DNA of 64,000 nt from Perna viridis (taxonomy: Eukaryota), in the NCBI GenBank assembly GCA_037379345.1, contig CM074516.1, forward strand, positions 26,722,001-26,786,000. Direction: 5' to 3'. This document shows positions 30,301 to 42,300 of this stretch, one piece after another. Position 1 is the stretch's first letter, and every line of letters starts with the position of its first letter. Below the pieces are notes generated by a model. That model made no database searches. It saw only the letters and a list, made by a program, of their open reading frames with translations, and was not told the DNA's origin. Made by a program: the position numbers and the translations under genes.

Positions 30301-33300
30301 ATCGTAAATAGTGCTAACATACAACTACAAATTGTAGTGACCAAATTACCTACATTTGGTTTACGCTCAAGTTTGATGTACAAAAAATGATAACTTTTTA
30401 TGTCATTTTGATACAAAGTTAATGAGAAGTAAAGGAATTTTGCCAGCTGCAATTGTCACCGGCATTTGAACTTTCATGCTTGAGTGCTCATGAAATTGAC
30501 ATTTATGCCACGTGCCTGATTAGTGTAATTGGCAAATTAGGTGATTGTTTACACATTTTGACACCTGTTGAGAGTTGTAATTAGCTTGGGGTAATAATAT
30601 TGTCACTTTTGCCAATTGAACCAATGTTGGGCTTACAGCTCTAAATGTTTTTTGTACTTTCGAAGATTTCAAGTGATGAAATGAGACTAGATTATTTTTG
30701 TCATTCTGAAAAGTCTTTCGTCATTGGCAAAATTACGAGCACTAGAAAAATCACTGGCTAGCCCTTGCCTTAAAGGGGAGATCTATCAGCTTGACATTTC
30801 CATAGTAAAGGCATTTGTTTCTGTATGTAAGAATATTAAATAAATTTCAATTATTGTAGAAAAGATGTATACAGTCATGGTGTTTATCAAGTAATTAAGT
30901 AATGGATGACCTAAGGGAAATCCACACCCACTGTTTACATTAATGAATACCAAAATGTCAAATCTCTTAAAGATACCCCAAAAGAATGCGGAATATGTGG
31001 CATATATGCCCAATGAATGTTTTCTTTGACTGCCCAATAAATGTGTACATATTACATTAATGTTCAATTTTTACAGACCACCAGAAGTCCACCATCTCTT
31101 TGGCATTGCTACATGGACTGGTGTCTTGAAGAAAGCTGCCATGAAGAAGAGAACCATCAAAGATGATAAGTTTGTAGACAAAATGGATGCCAGGAGAGAT
31201 GAGACATCTCGATCTGAGAGCCAGGCATCAGATAATGTTGCTCAACTTAAGACAGGAAATATCATGAATCCTCAAACCAGTGTTACATGTAAATATGCAT
31301 TTTGTTTCAATATTAATCAAAGAATATTAGATAAACAGCTAACTTCAATATTGATGAAATTTACTAAGCCTTAAATTGCTACTTAAATTGAGGTATTTGG
31401 AAAAAAGTGATATTGAAGTGCAAACAATAAATACCTGAAATATTTGATACATGGTAAGGTGTATAATTGAGGCTTTAAGATTGTACACATTGAATACAAA
31501 CAATTTACAGGGAGAAATACAGCCAGGTTTGAAGCAAGCAATTTAAAAAAAATGTTGACTATTTGTTTCTTTTATTTTCAGTGGCAGCCCCAAGTTCTAT
31601 TAAGATGGGAGGAACAACACTAACAGCTGGAACCAGGAAGATGGGAACACCTAATCCTATGACTCTAGCTGCCAAGATGGAGCATGCTTTAGTTTGTCAG
31701 ACAATCAAAGAAGTTATCTGTCCCAGAATGACTGAAGAGGTAGGAGTAACTAAAAAAATTCTGTTTATTATATATTTGTCTTTTATTTTATGAATTACTT
31801 TCACAATAAAGGTGAATTCATCAACAACAAAAAAGAAAAACATTGTATTAAAAGCCATATGTAAGTATTACTGCCATTTTGTATTCAATTAAAAGAAGGA
31901 CATTATTTATTCTTTACTTTTACAACAGTCCCAAGTAGATTTTTTGTGGCCATCTTAAGATGCAATTTTATTTTTGTTTACTTGAAACTCTTAATTCACT
32001 TTTTTTCAGAAGTATTACCTTTAAATAATTTTGCAACAATGACTACATATACAGTAGGTCTGACTGTAACTAGTATAATTATTGCAAATATTGTTGTATA
32101 TAAGCCTCACAAATTTGTTTTTTTTATCATTGCAAACATTGTTTTATTGAAAAAAAAAACTCACAAATTTGTTATCCTTGCAGAATAACAAAGTCTTTAA
32201 GAACATACTAGATGACGTTTTCACTGGTCTACCTGATGCTCCACCACCAAAGAACACTTTCTCAGCCAGATCACGTGGCATGGATGTGGAGCTAGCACTC
32301 AAACAGAAAGCAGTAGAAAAAGGGTTATCTGCCCATGAACCCTGGATCAGCCGTTGTAAACAGCTGTATGAGACATCACAGGTCTATCATGGTAAGATTT
32401 GCCTAGTCCTGTAGTGAAGGGAAATGGAAACTATTTGTAGGTGTTGGCTTCTAAGTTTGTACATTCAGAAATTGCTCAATAGAAAAACCAATCCATATTC
32501 TTCAAGAATAGAATTGTATTGCTGTAAATTTTCTACTTTGACTCAATCAGTTAAATGAGTATGGCTATCCTACAAGAATAAGGGTCTTAGAATATTATAA
32601 AACATTTTAATTTTATTTGTCATGAATTAGAGAGCATGTATCAGGTAGAATGGCTATTTAGGTGTTTTCTGCTTAGCTAGGACTACCTGTGATGTGGCAG
32701 AGTAATTTTGATTATCCTCTAATTAGGAAATGTTGTATTTTGATAAATGATATGAAATATGTCAATTTAAAAGTTATTTTATGTCTTTGAAATCTAATTC
32801 CAGAAAATAATCATAGAAAAAGATGAATTCTTGTCAATGAGTAATCAAGGAAACCAAGATTCTAGCGCAAATCAAAGGAATTGAATCCAGGGACAAAGAC
32901 AAGACATGGAAATATAGTTAATATTGTGATTTTTTTTTTACCAGGTGTGATTGTAGCAGGACCTCCTGGCAGTGGTAAGACCAGTTGTATCCAGACCCTT
33001 GTTGATGCCCTCAGTATCCAGACAAGAGGTGCTGCCTCTCGAGGCTCACACATCAGCCGTACCTCTAACCCTGCTGAATCACAGCACAAGATAATCAGAA
33101 TCAATCCCATGGTGGTAGATGATTATGCAATCATGTTTGGTTTTTTGAAAGACAATCATGATTGGGTTGATGGAATTGTTACCTCATCCTGCAGGAAAGC
33201 TAACAGAGTAAGTCTGAAGTACAGCTGTAGATCATAAACCATTATTCCTTGTGTTGTACAAAGCTAAACTGAACAACAAAGACTGAAAAATTTTGGTTTG

Positions 33301-36300
33301 GTTATGGTATATGTTTATACAAAATATATATGTATAGGAATTGAATGGAAAAAATTCTTGTGATAAGGACTGGATTTGTTTAAGGTAAATGCAAATACTT
33401 AGGTCACTTTCTCAGATTGTTGGCTTAGATATAACATCATATGAACAAGTTTAAAAGTTTATACTTACTATATGTATGTTGCTTTGTGTTACTCAGAAAC
33501 ATAAATGGTTATGCTACAAATGTTAGATTTAAGAGATGGTTCTGTGACATACTAAGTTTTGTCCTTTTGTTATTTAATGAGGTTAATATCATTGCTGTGG
33601 CTAGTTTCTGCTGTTAATTTGCAGTTAATTAAAATAATTATTTTTCAGAACCAAAGTACCACTTGGATATGTCTAGATGGACCACTCAATCCTGGATGGT
33701 CAGATAACTTCAATGCTGTCCTCAGTGAGGAAAAGGTAGGTGCAGCATGATATGATGTTAGAAAAGTTATTCTGATATTTTCAGTTGATCAGAAGAAAAT
33801 AAGATTAGGTGAAAAAAACAAATACACTTACAGCTTGTTGACATGAAATAAAATAATATATGGATGAGGCATGGAATCATGAACATGAGGCTTTGCAAAG
33901 TGTTTAATCCAATTCTTGCTGAATTTGCATATTGTTTTATTTCTGATTAAAAAAACTGTTATTATCATTTTACAGTTATCTAAATCACTGTTTAGTTTGT
34001 TAAGTTTTTATTTGTTACTTTTCTATCCTGCTTGTGATCTCTGATAGTGGTGCTAAAATAATAAGTGGTATTATTAATGCATTTTAGTTGCTCTGATAAA
34101 ACTATTGCAGTATAAAATTGAAATAATTATTCTCGACAGCGATGTACTTCTGAATTGTGCATACAGATGTCTGTGCTTTTATTTGTTAAATATGAGTAGA
34201 AACAAGAGGTAGAAGAACCAGATCAAAGCCACATAACAATGCTTTACTGATTATAGGAAAAACAAGTGGACTTGAACTTTTGTCTAATTCCTATTGGTGC
34301 TAAGATCCAACCTAATTGTCTGAGGAAGGTTGGGGGAGATGAATTATAAGATTCTTTAAGTACAAGTGCCACTCTACTTACCAAATGATCAATGATATTT
34401 CAGCATATGATTTTTTTTTGCTTCTTCCAGGTGATACATCTTAAGAATGGAGACAAACTATTCCTGTCAGAAAACATCAATGTTGTATTTGAGACTGATA
34501 ACCTAGCTAATGCCTCCCCATCAACAGTGGCCAAATCTGTAAGTTGTTATTTTGTCAGAAATGCAGGGTGATATTTTGTGGTTCTATCCTGTTCTATTAT
34601 ACTCGGTTGACAACCTTTTTTTAACATTTTAGGGTATTTATTGTACAACTGTTAAAGCTTCTTTATTCTGGTTGGAATGTTTCCGACTTTATATTATTCA
34701 TATAAATTTCATAGGCAGTAATTGTTCCTAGGATATAGCATTACTTAAGTAAAAAACGTGAGGCAGTTTATAAAAATTGTAAACTTGCCTTAACCAGATT
34801 CAAAAGTTAGAAACATTCCTTATTATTTTATGTGGGATGGATGATAAATTTTAATTAATTTAATAATTTAAAAAAAATTTAAATTGATTTGTAATAAGAA
34901 GTGTATTTTGTTAGGGATTATTTAAATCGTGGAGCACAGACCAATCAATGTTAATGGTGTTAATAATCAGAAACTTTATTACAATTTAAATTAAATTATA
35001 AAGATATGAAAATTGTATTTCCTTACATTGTTGAAGCACGTTCAAAATTTTCTAAAATACCAAAAAATATTATTATCAGTAGTATACTCACGTTCTCTTT
35101 ACAGGGTATTGTTTACCTTGACAACAATGTGGTAGGATGGAAGCCTATTGCTGATGCCTGGTTGGAAAGTAGGACACCTCAAGAAATACATGTATGTATC
35201 AATTGATCTTAAGTATGGAATTTTAAACTGCATGTACTTATAAGACATGTCAGGAGTAGGAAATTAGGGAAACAAATTTATAGCTATTGATAAAAGTTTG
35301 TTAAGAGGATTAGAGGTAGAATCTTTAGAAATGGAATGTGATAAGCTATGAAATTATTCTTTTCTACTTCCTCTGCTTCTGAGTGATATTTATATATAGT
35401 CTGTTTCAGTATAAATAGATTTTTGTTCTTTCCATTAAAATATCAGTTTATGCACTACTCTGTATTTTTCTAAAGTTTCATGAAATAGGCTATAATTTGA
35501 AAGTTACTCTATGGAACAATACACTCAAAATAGTCATTTCATATTCAGATAAGACCTTCTAAAACATGACAATTATTTTGCAATGAAAATGAATCTAGTT
35601 CTACTTGTTTTTTATTCTACATATTAAAGAAGTGCCACTCCCATTACATCCCCCAAAAAGCATAATTCTCATTTTATGTGTTTTTTGACTTAATATAAAT
35701 ATTTCTACCTATTTTACCCCAGATTCAGGTAGGTTAAGTTTGAGGTTGTTTATCTGCTGGATAGGGAAATGTCACGCAAACACCAAAAATCCAGACTCTC
35801 ATCACTCTATATCACTGTAGAAGGTAGATTTCTGATTGGGTTGAAACTTGATCTAGTATTCTTGTTTGTTTGATTTATATAATGTTTGTCTTTCTGTGAA
35901 ATGTTTGAAAGCATTCAGTGACATTGAATTAAAGACAATCTTTTAGTATGTTACACAGACTTGAAAAGATAATTACAGTGATCATGGTGTCTGTTCATCC
36001 GTCTTCATCTTTTTTCGGTGAAGTTTTTTTGTGTTACTACTCATCACACAGCCATTTGATATTTTGACAGAAGCGTTATATAGGTATACTATATGATATA
36101 ATTTGAGATTTAGACTGAAACAACATCAACTTCCTGTTTTACGACTTTTCTGACTGGAGTAAGGAGCATGGTTATCCTTTAGTGAGTGTTGCTCACAGTT
36201 TTCTAGTTTACTACTGAGAAAGTTTTTTTTTCAAATTCATTTATTCTAGTGTTAAAAGTAACTAAAGAGACATATATTTCATTTGTCATTGAATGCACCT

Positions 36301-39300
36301 TGAAGTTTTGAATAGTATTATAGCTTTTCATATCTTCATGATGGGTATTTCAGTTGGAAACATGTGTGAGTTGTAGCTTCTTATTAAATAATAGGGGAAC
36401 ATTTTTTGATAACTTTAGCAAAATTTCACTATGAAAATTTATTTTTAAAAAGAAGAATCCTTTGTGTTTCTTTATTACATTTATATATGAATGAGAAATA
36501 AACAAAATACCTTTAAACTGTTCAATTATATAGTCTTGATTATAAATTATGTTCAAATCAGCTGCTTAGTGTATGTTAAACACTAGCTGTTACCAAACAA
36601 AAAGCAATCCCATATGCCAAAGTTATATAATAATTTAAGTTGTTCAGTTAAGAGCATGTTATTTTTCTCTCACTTCCCAGTAGAAGTTTTATCACGAAAC
36701 CTAATTACTTGAATCACAATAGATTTCCGTAATGAATAGTGTAGAACTTTAAGGAAAGGAAAAAAAAAACACTAGAGTAGAGTTTGTAAGAGAGAGAAAA
36801 GTTAAGTAAGAAATTATTGTACAGCTTTGTTATTGCAATTTTGTTGAAACATTTGCAATATAGAACTTTATGTTATTTGAGTTATTGCAAGGTCAGGATT
36901 AATCTGAAGTATGCATTGGTGAAAATAGTCGGTTATCATGTTTAAATTATTTTGATAAAATTTGTCACACTTATTGCAATAATGATACTATGCAATAAGT
37001 TCTGTTCTTACTGGAGTCAAAATAGTATGAATGTAATACAGTCTACTGGATTTTACGGATGCAGCTAAGAAAATATGAAATGTATTGTAATTCTAAGATG
37101 ATTTAATCATGCACTGTCTATTTACTGTCAGTGGGTGATCATTTAAACTTCACTTTGGTGGTGGTTTGGTCAAGTATTTTAACCTCTGTCACTGACTGCA
37201 ATATTGTTCTAAGAAAAAAATATTTTTGCAGAGATATGCAAAAGAAGTAAGTTCCATGCAAGTGTTTGCTGGCTCACCAATATGTATTCATGTATAGAAA
37301 AAATAACTTTGCTAAAATGCAAAAATAATGTGCTTATATACTGAAATTAGATATGTGTTTTAAAAGTTATGGAAGTGTTGCAATTTACATAGTGATAGGG
37401 TTAGTTCAGTTTGGCCCTTATCTATGATAATTAGATGTTTATAAAAAGAAATGTTTGAATTTTTAAGGTACCTTTAATTTTCAGTTTACATCATTTCATC
37501 CATTCATTCCGTGATCATGTTTTATAAGTTTGTTGATTATTTCATAACTCTTCAATTTGAACTTGCAGCAGAGTTTTTTTGAAGCCTGAAATTTTATATA
37601 GCATTTTAATCACAAAAAAAAATGGTTTACTTAAACCAATATTTCTTCATTAATAAGAGTAACAAAGTTCTTGAATTCACACTGCATCTTAAACTGGACT
37701 TGCTAAAAACAAAAGAGAATTTAATATATTTTCTAGTTTTTCTAAGGTTATGTGAAGCAAAAGTTTACATTGCTTATTTACATGAGTGGTCTGAAGTCCT
37801 ATTTTGTTTTGCTAGATGTGGAAAGTTTGATCATCAAGTGTCAGTCCCTGTAAGAATCAGGCAGTGGGTGAAACATTGTATGAAAAAAAAACCAAAAAAC
37901 ATCATATTGGTAGTGTAATTTGACTATTTGCACCATCAGAATCAAGGAAAGCAGACAAGATTTTCGATATCATGCTGGACCATTGAGTCACAAATTCATA
38001 GAAATATACTGAAAATGAACATTTCAAGGGCAGATAACTGTCAAAACCTCATTTTTTGAAGATTCTATTGAAAAACTTGTGTGCAGAGTCAGTGATGCAG
38101 AGATCAAATAATGGTCTTTTCAAATAGAGAAAGAATCCTTGAGTGATATTACAGTGTCAAATCGATGAGGGTTTGACATGCATGTTTCTGATTTTTCTCT
38201 ATTTGCCTGATTCTTATGAGCACTTACACTGAAATGTGTATTTTGCTTAATTTCATTTTTCACATGTTTCTAATAAGACAATAGTATTTTCATGTTGGAA
38301 TATAATGATAATGCATGTATCATTGAATTGAAATATTTAAACAACACAGTTTGCATAATTTTGCCAGTTTCAGGGGCTGGCTTTTTATGAGAATTCTCAC
38401 ATCATCTTGAAATTAGTCATGTAACAATATCATAAGTTCTTACATTGAATGAGAAGATAGTTTTAATCTAAATTTCATGGTTCATTTATCATACATCCCA
38501 ATGTCTTACAAATCTGATGAATGTAGTAACAAACTTTATAGAATTGTGGAATTTTAAAACTGAAATTTCTGTTTTATTTTAAATCAATCAGAGGCCTGTT
38601 AATGTTGAGCAAGGAGAAACAGAACAATCAATTCCCAGAACTGTAGAAGGGGTAATAATTGATGTGGTGTATGGTGCATTATGTGTGTTTTTGTAGAGGC
38701 ACACATCTTGTTTAATGGGACTGCATTAATGTTGTTAATTTTTTGTTTATTGTGTGCATTTATGGATTAGGTTTTAATAGGAAATTTGTTTTGATTTATC
38801 AAAACCTTATTATCTACTGGTAGTGGCCATTTTCACTTTTTTCTCATCTTTTTTTTTACAGAAAGTATTTCTTTCCAAACTCCTTCCCCTATCCCACCAA
38901 AAAAATCCTTAACTATGTATAAACCTGATGTTATGTTTTTGAAATGATGACTTCACTTTCTATATGTTATCATACCCAATAGGTATATGGAAAAAGATCA
39001 GCATGGAAATAGCTGGTCATTTTGGAACCTACCAGAAAACTTATTATGTTGGGATTTTTTTTTAAACTATACATTTAACCTTGATTTCAATTTTTTTTTA
39101 CAAGGATATGTTATTTTTTTTGCACTAATTCATGTATGGTATCAAAATCTCTGCATGTGAATGCACAAATGACTCCCATCTGCATGGCTTGACACAGTTT
39201 TCCTTTAGTGTGTGACTCACCATCAGACACTTTTATAAGTGGCATGAACTGTTAATTGCTTCTGGCTGAGCACAGAATTCTATGTAGGCACTTAATTTCT

Positions 39301-42300
39301 GTATGCATGATGAAACTAATAGTTACACCTTGATAAAGTTAAATATTAATGAATAATGTCCGTTTTTGTGGTGATATTAAGTTGATTGAGGACGGTTTAC
39401 ATTTTAAAAGCAAAGAAAACTATATTCATGCGTAAAATCATATATCTATTTTCTGTTATCTAGGTCCTGCAAAGAGCTTTCCAGAAGACGCTTGATCCTA
39501 TTTCTCAGTTTGTACTGCATGAGGCGAAGTAAGTATATACATATATATTACAATGGTACCTAATTCAACTCACGCCTTTCCATACCACCACAGAAATATA
39601 TGGGTAGTGAAATGATATGGTGATGTTGTCTAGTGTCATAGTTTCCATTCACTGTCATCCATTAACGTTCTGTTTTAATACCTTGATCTAATTGAATCAT
39701 TTAATATTGAGTCTTAACACAAGGTACATTGTGGCCTGAACCATATTGGAGCAAAAGGGACCAAAACAGAGCATTTTTTATAACATATTGACTAATTTAA
39801 TTAGTTTGGAGAGATATATTTTAAAAAATGTGTTTTGCAGCTATTTTAGGTAACCTTGTTTGACAATTTTTGACATAATTTTGTTGGGTATTATTTTCAG
39901 ACCACTTGTGAAGTTATTCTCAATTGGATTGGTAAATATTTTTTTCTGTTTTAATTTCAGACCTCTTGTGAAGTTGTCTTTGGTTGGATTGTTCAAGTCG
40001 TGTCTTGGGCTGTTGTCAGCCATGTTGGCCGATAATCGTGAGACCAGTGAGGATCATGTTGAAAGACTATTTTTATTTTGTTTGATCTGGACTTTTGGTG
40101 GACTACTAGACAGTCATGACAGAAGAGTTTTCAGTGACAAGTTGAAGACACTTTCCAACACGTAAGCACCATTTTTATATTTTTGGTACTTTTTAAACCA
40201 AAACTCATAACTTGCTTTCAAAAAGATGTTTAAATTATTAAAATTTCAGCATAAAGATATTTATTTGATTGTTATCTTGTCTCCTGTTGTTACTAGGTTA
40301 CCAGATGATGACAGGTAGATCTGTGTATTTGATTGCAATGTCGTCTCCTATTGTTACTAGGTTACCAGATGATCACAGGTAGATCTGTGTATTTGATTGC
40401 AATGTCGTCTCCTGTTGTTACTAGGTTACCAGATGATGACAGGTAGATCTGTGTATTTGATTGCAATGTCGTCTCCTGTTGTTACTAGGTTACCAGATGA
40501 TGACAGGTAGATCTGTGTATTTGATTGCTGTGTTGTCTCCTTTTGTTACTAGGTTACCAGATGATGACAGGTAGATCTGTGTATTTGATTACTGTGTTGT
40601 CTCCTTTTGTTACTAGGTTACCAGATGATCACAGGTAGATCTGTGTATTTGGTTGCTGTGTCATCTCCTTTTGTTACTAGGTTACCAGATGATCACAGGT
40701 AGATCTGTGTATTTGATTGCAATGTCGTCTCCTGTTGTTACTAGGTTACCAGATGATCACAGGTAGATCTGTGTATTTGATTGCAATGTCGTCTCCTGTT
40801 GTTACTAGGTTACCAGATGATCACAGGTAGATCTGTGTATTTGATTGCAATGTCGTCTCCTGTTGTTACTAGGTTACCAGATGATCACAGGTAGATCTGT
40901 GTATTTGATTGCAATGTCGTCTCCTGTTGTTACTAGGTGACCAGATGATGACAGGTAGATCTGTGTATTTGATTACTGTGTTGTCTCCTTTTGTTACTAG
41001 GTTACCAGATGATGACAGGTAGATCTGTGTATTTGATTGCTGTGTCATCTCCTTTCGTTACTAGGTTACCAGATGATGACTGGCAGGTCTGTGTATTTCA
41101 TTGCTATGTAAGTGGAGTCTGAGTTGCTCATTTACTGTTGTTAATTTGTATGTATAATTTTAGTTACTCTATGTTCTTTATTGTTTATGTCTGTTTTCCA
41201 TGTCTGGTCTTTGTCCCTGGATTACATTCTTCTGATTTCTGCTAGAATTTTAGTTCCCTCAATTACTCTTTCTTGTCTCCTTTTGTTAATAGATTACCAG
41301 ATGATGACAGGCAGATCTGTGTATTTGACTACTATGTTGATGAGTCAGGAGACTGGGACCCATGGTCATCTAAAGTGAATGAATCTGTTTACTCTGATCA
41401 GCAGGACATGCTTGGAGAAGTGTTTGTTGACTCAATCAACACTGTGAGTATTAAGAGACATTGGAAAAGTCTAAAAAATATTCAATTCATAATGTTCAGT
41501 TAGTGTATCCTTGTAATGATATACTGTCAGTTTAGCTGTCATGCAATTAAAATTTCTTACATCTTCAATATTTTGATTGGCTTGAAAAAAAAAAACTTAC
41601 ATCATAACTATGTACAATGTCAACATATGCAGCTCATCTGTTACTTTTTTTTATAAACATGAAGATGGGGGAAAACATGTCTTATATAAGAACTTTATTG
41701 CACTATTAATTTTCATGTTCACAGATAAGGACCAAGATCTTGATAGACTTTGCCTCGGCCTCAGGACTCAATGTATTGTTGGTTGGACCTCATGGATCTG
41801 GGAAGACAACTCTTATCAATGATTTCATGGATCTGCAAGGTAAAAATTATACATTTTGTACCATTTTCAATGGTCACATATTATGTACAAGATATACTTG
41901 TACTTTCTTTTTGCTAAGATACATTGTTTTCCTTTTTGAAGACTCTTCAGGTTTTGAACAATTACCAATTTTCCAAATAAATTTGTACATTTTCCTCCAC
42001 TTTCAAATTCATAAACTGATCAGCAGATCATAATTGGCCTACCTTACCATTTTTTATTTGCTTTTTGGCGATAGTTCATTCACCCCCCATTTCAGCTGAC
42101 ACTTATAAAGTTAAACTGTCCAGCATTTTTGCATGCATGTTATGCTCAGAAATAATCAATTGAGGGGTTTGAGGAGACTTTCAGGTAACTTAAAAACTGC
42201 TATTCAGTTTTTTGTGACTGTTGTTTTGCAACAGTTGATACTGGTAACTGAAGTTTGGAAAATATCATTGAGTCATTAAAAATCATTATTCATTGAAATT

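Noticed and set aside
40262-41110. CRISPR array interpretation of the 64-bp repeats
   Set aside because: No unique spacers; whole units repeat; the sequence derives from the adjacent eukaryotic exon; no cas genes.
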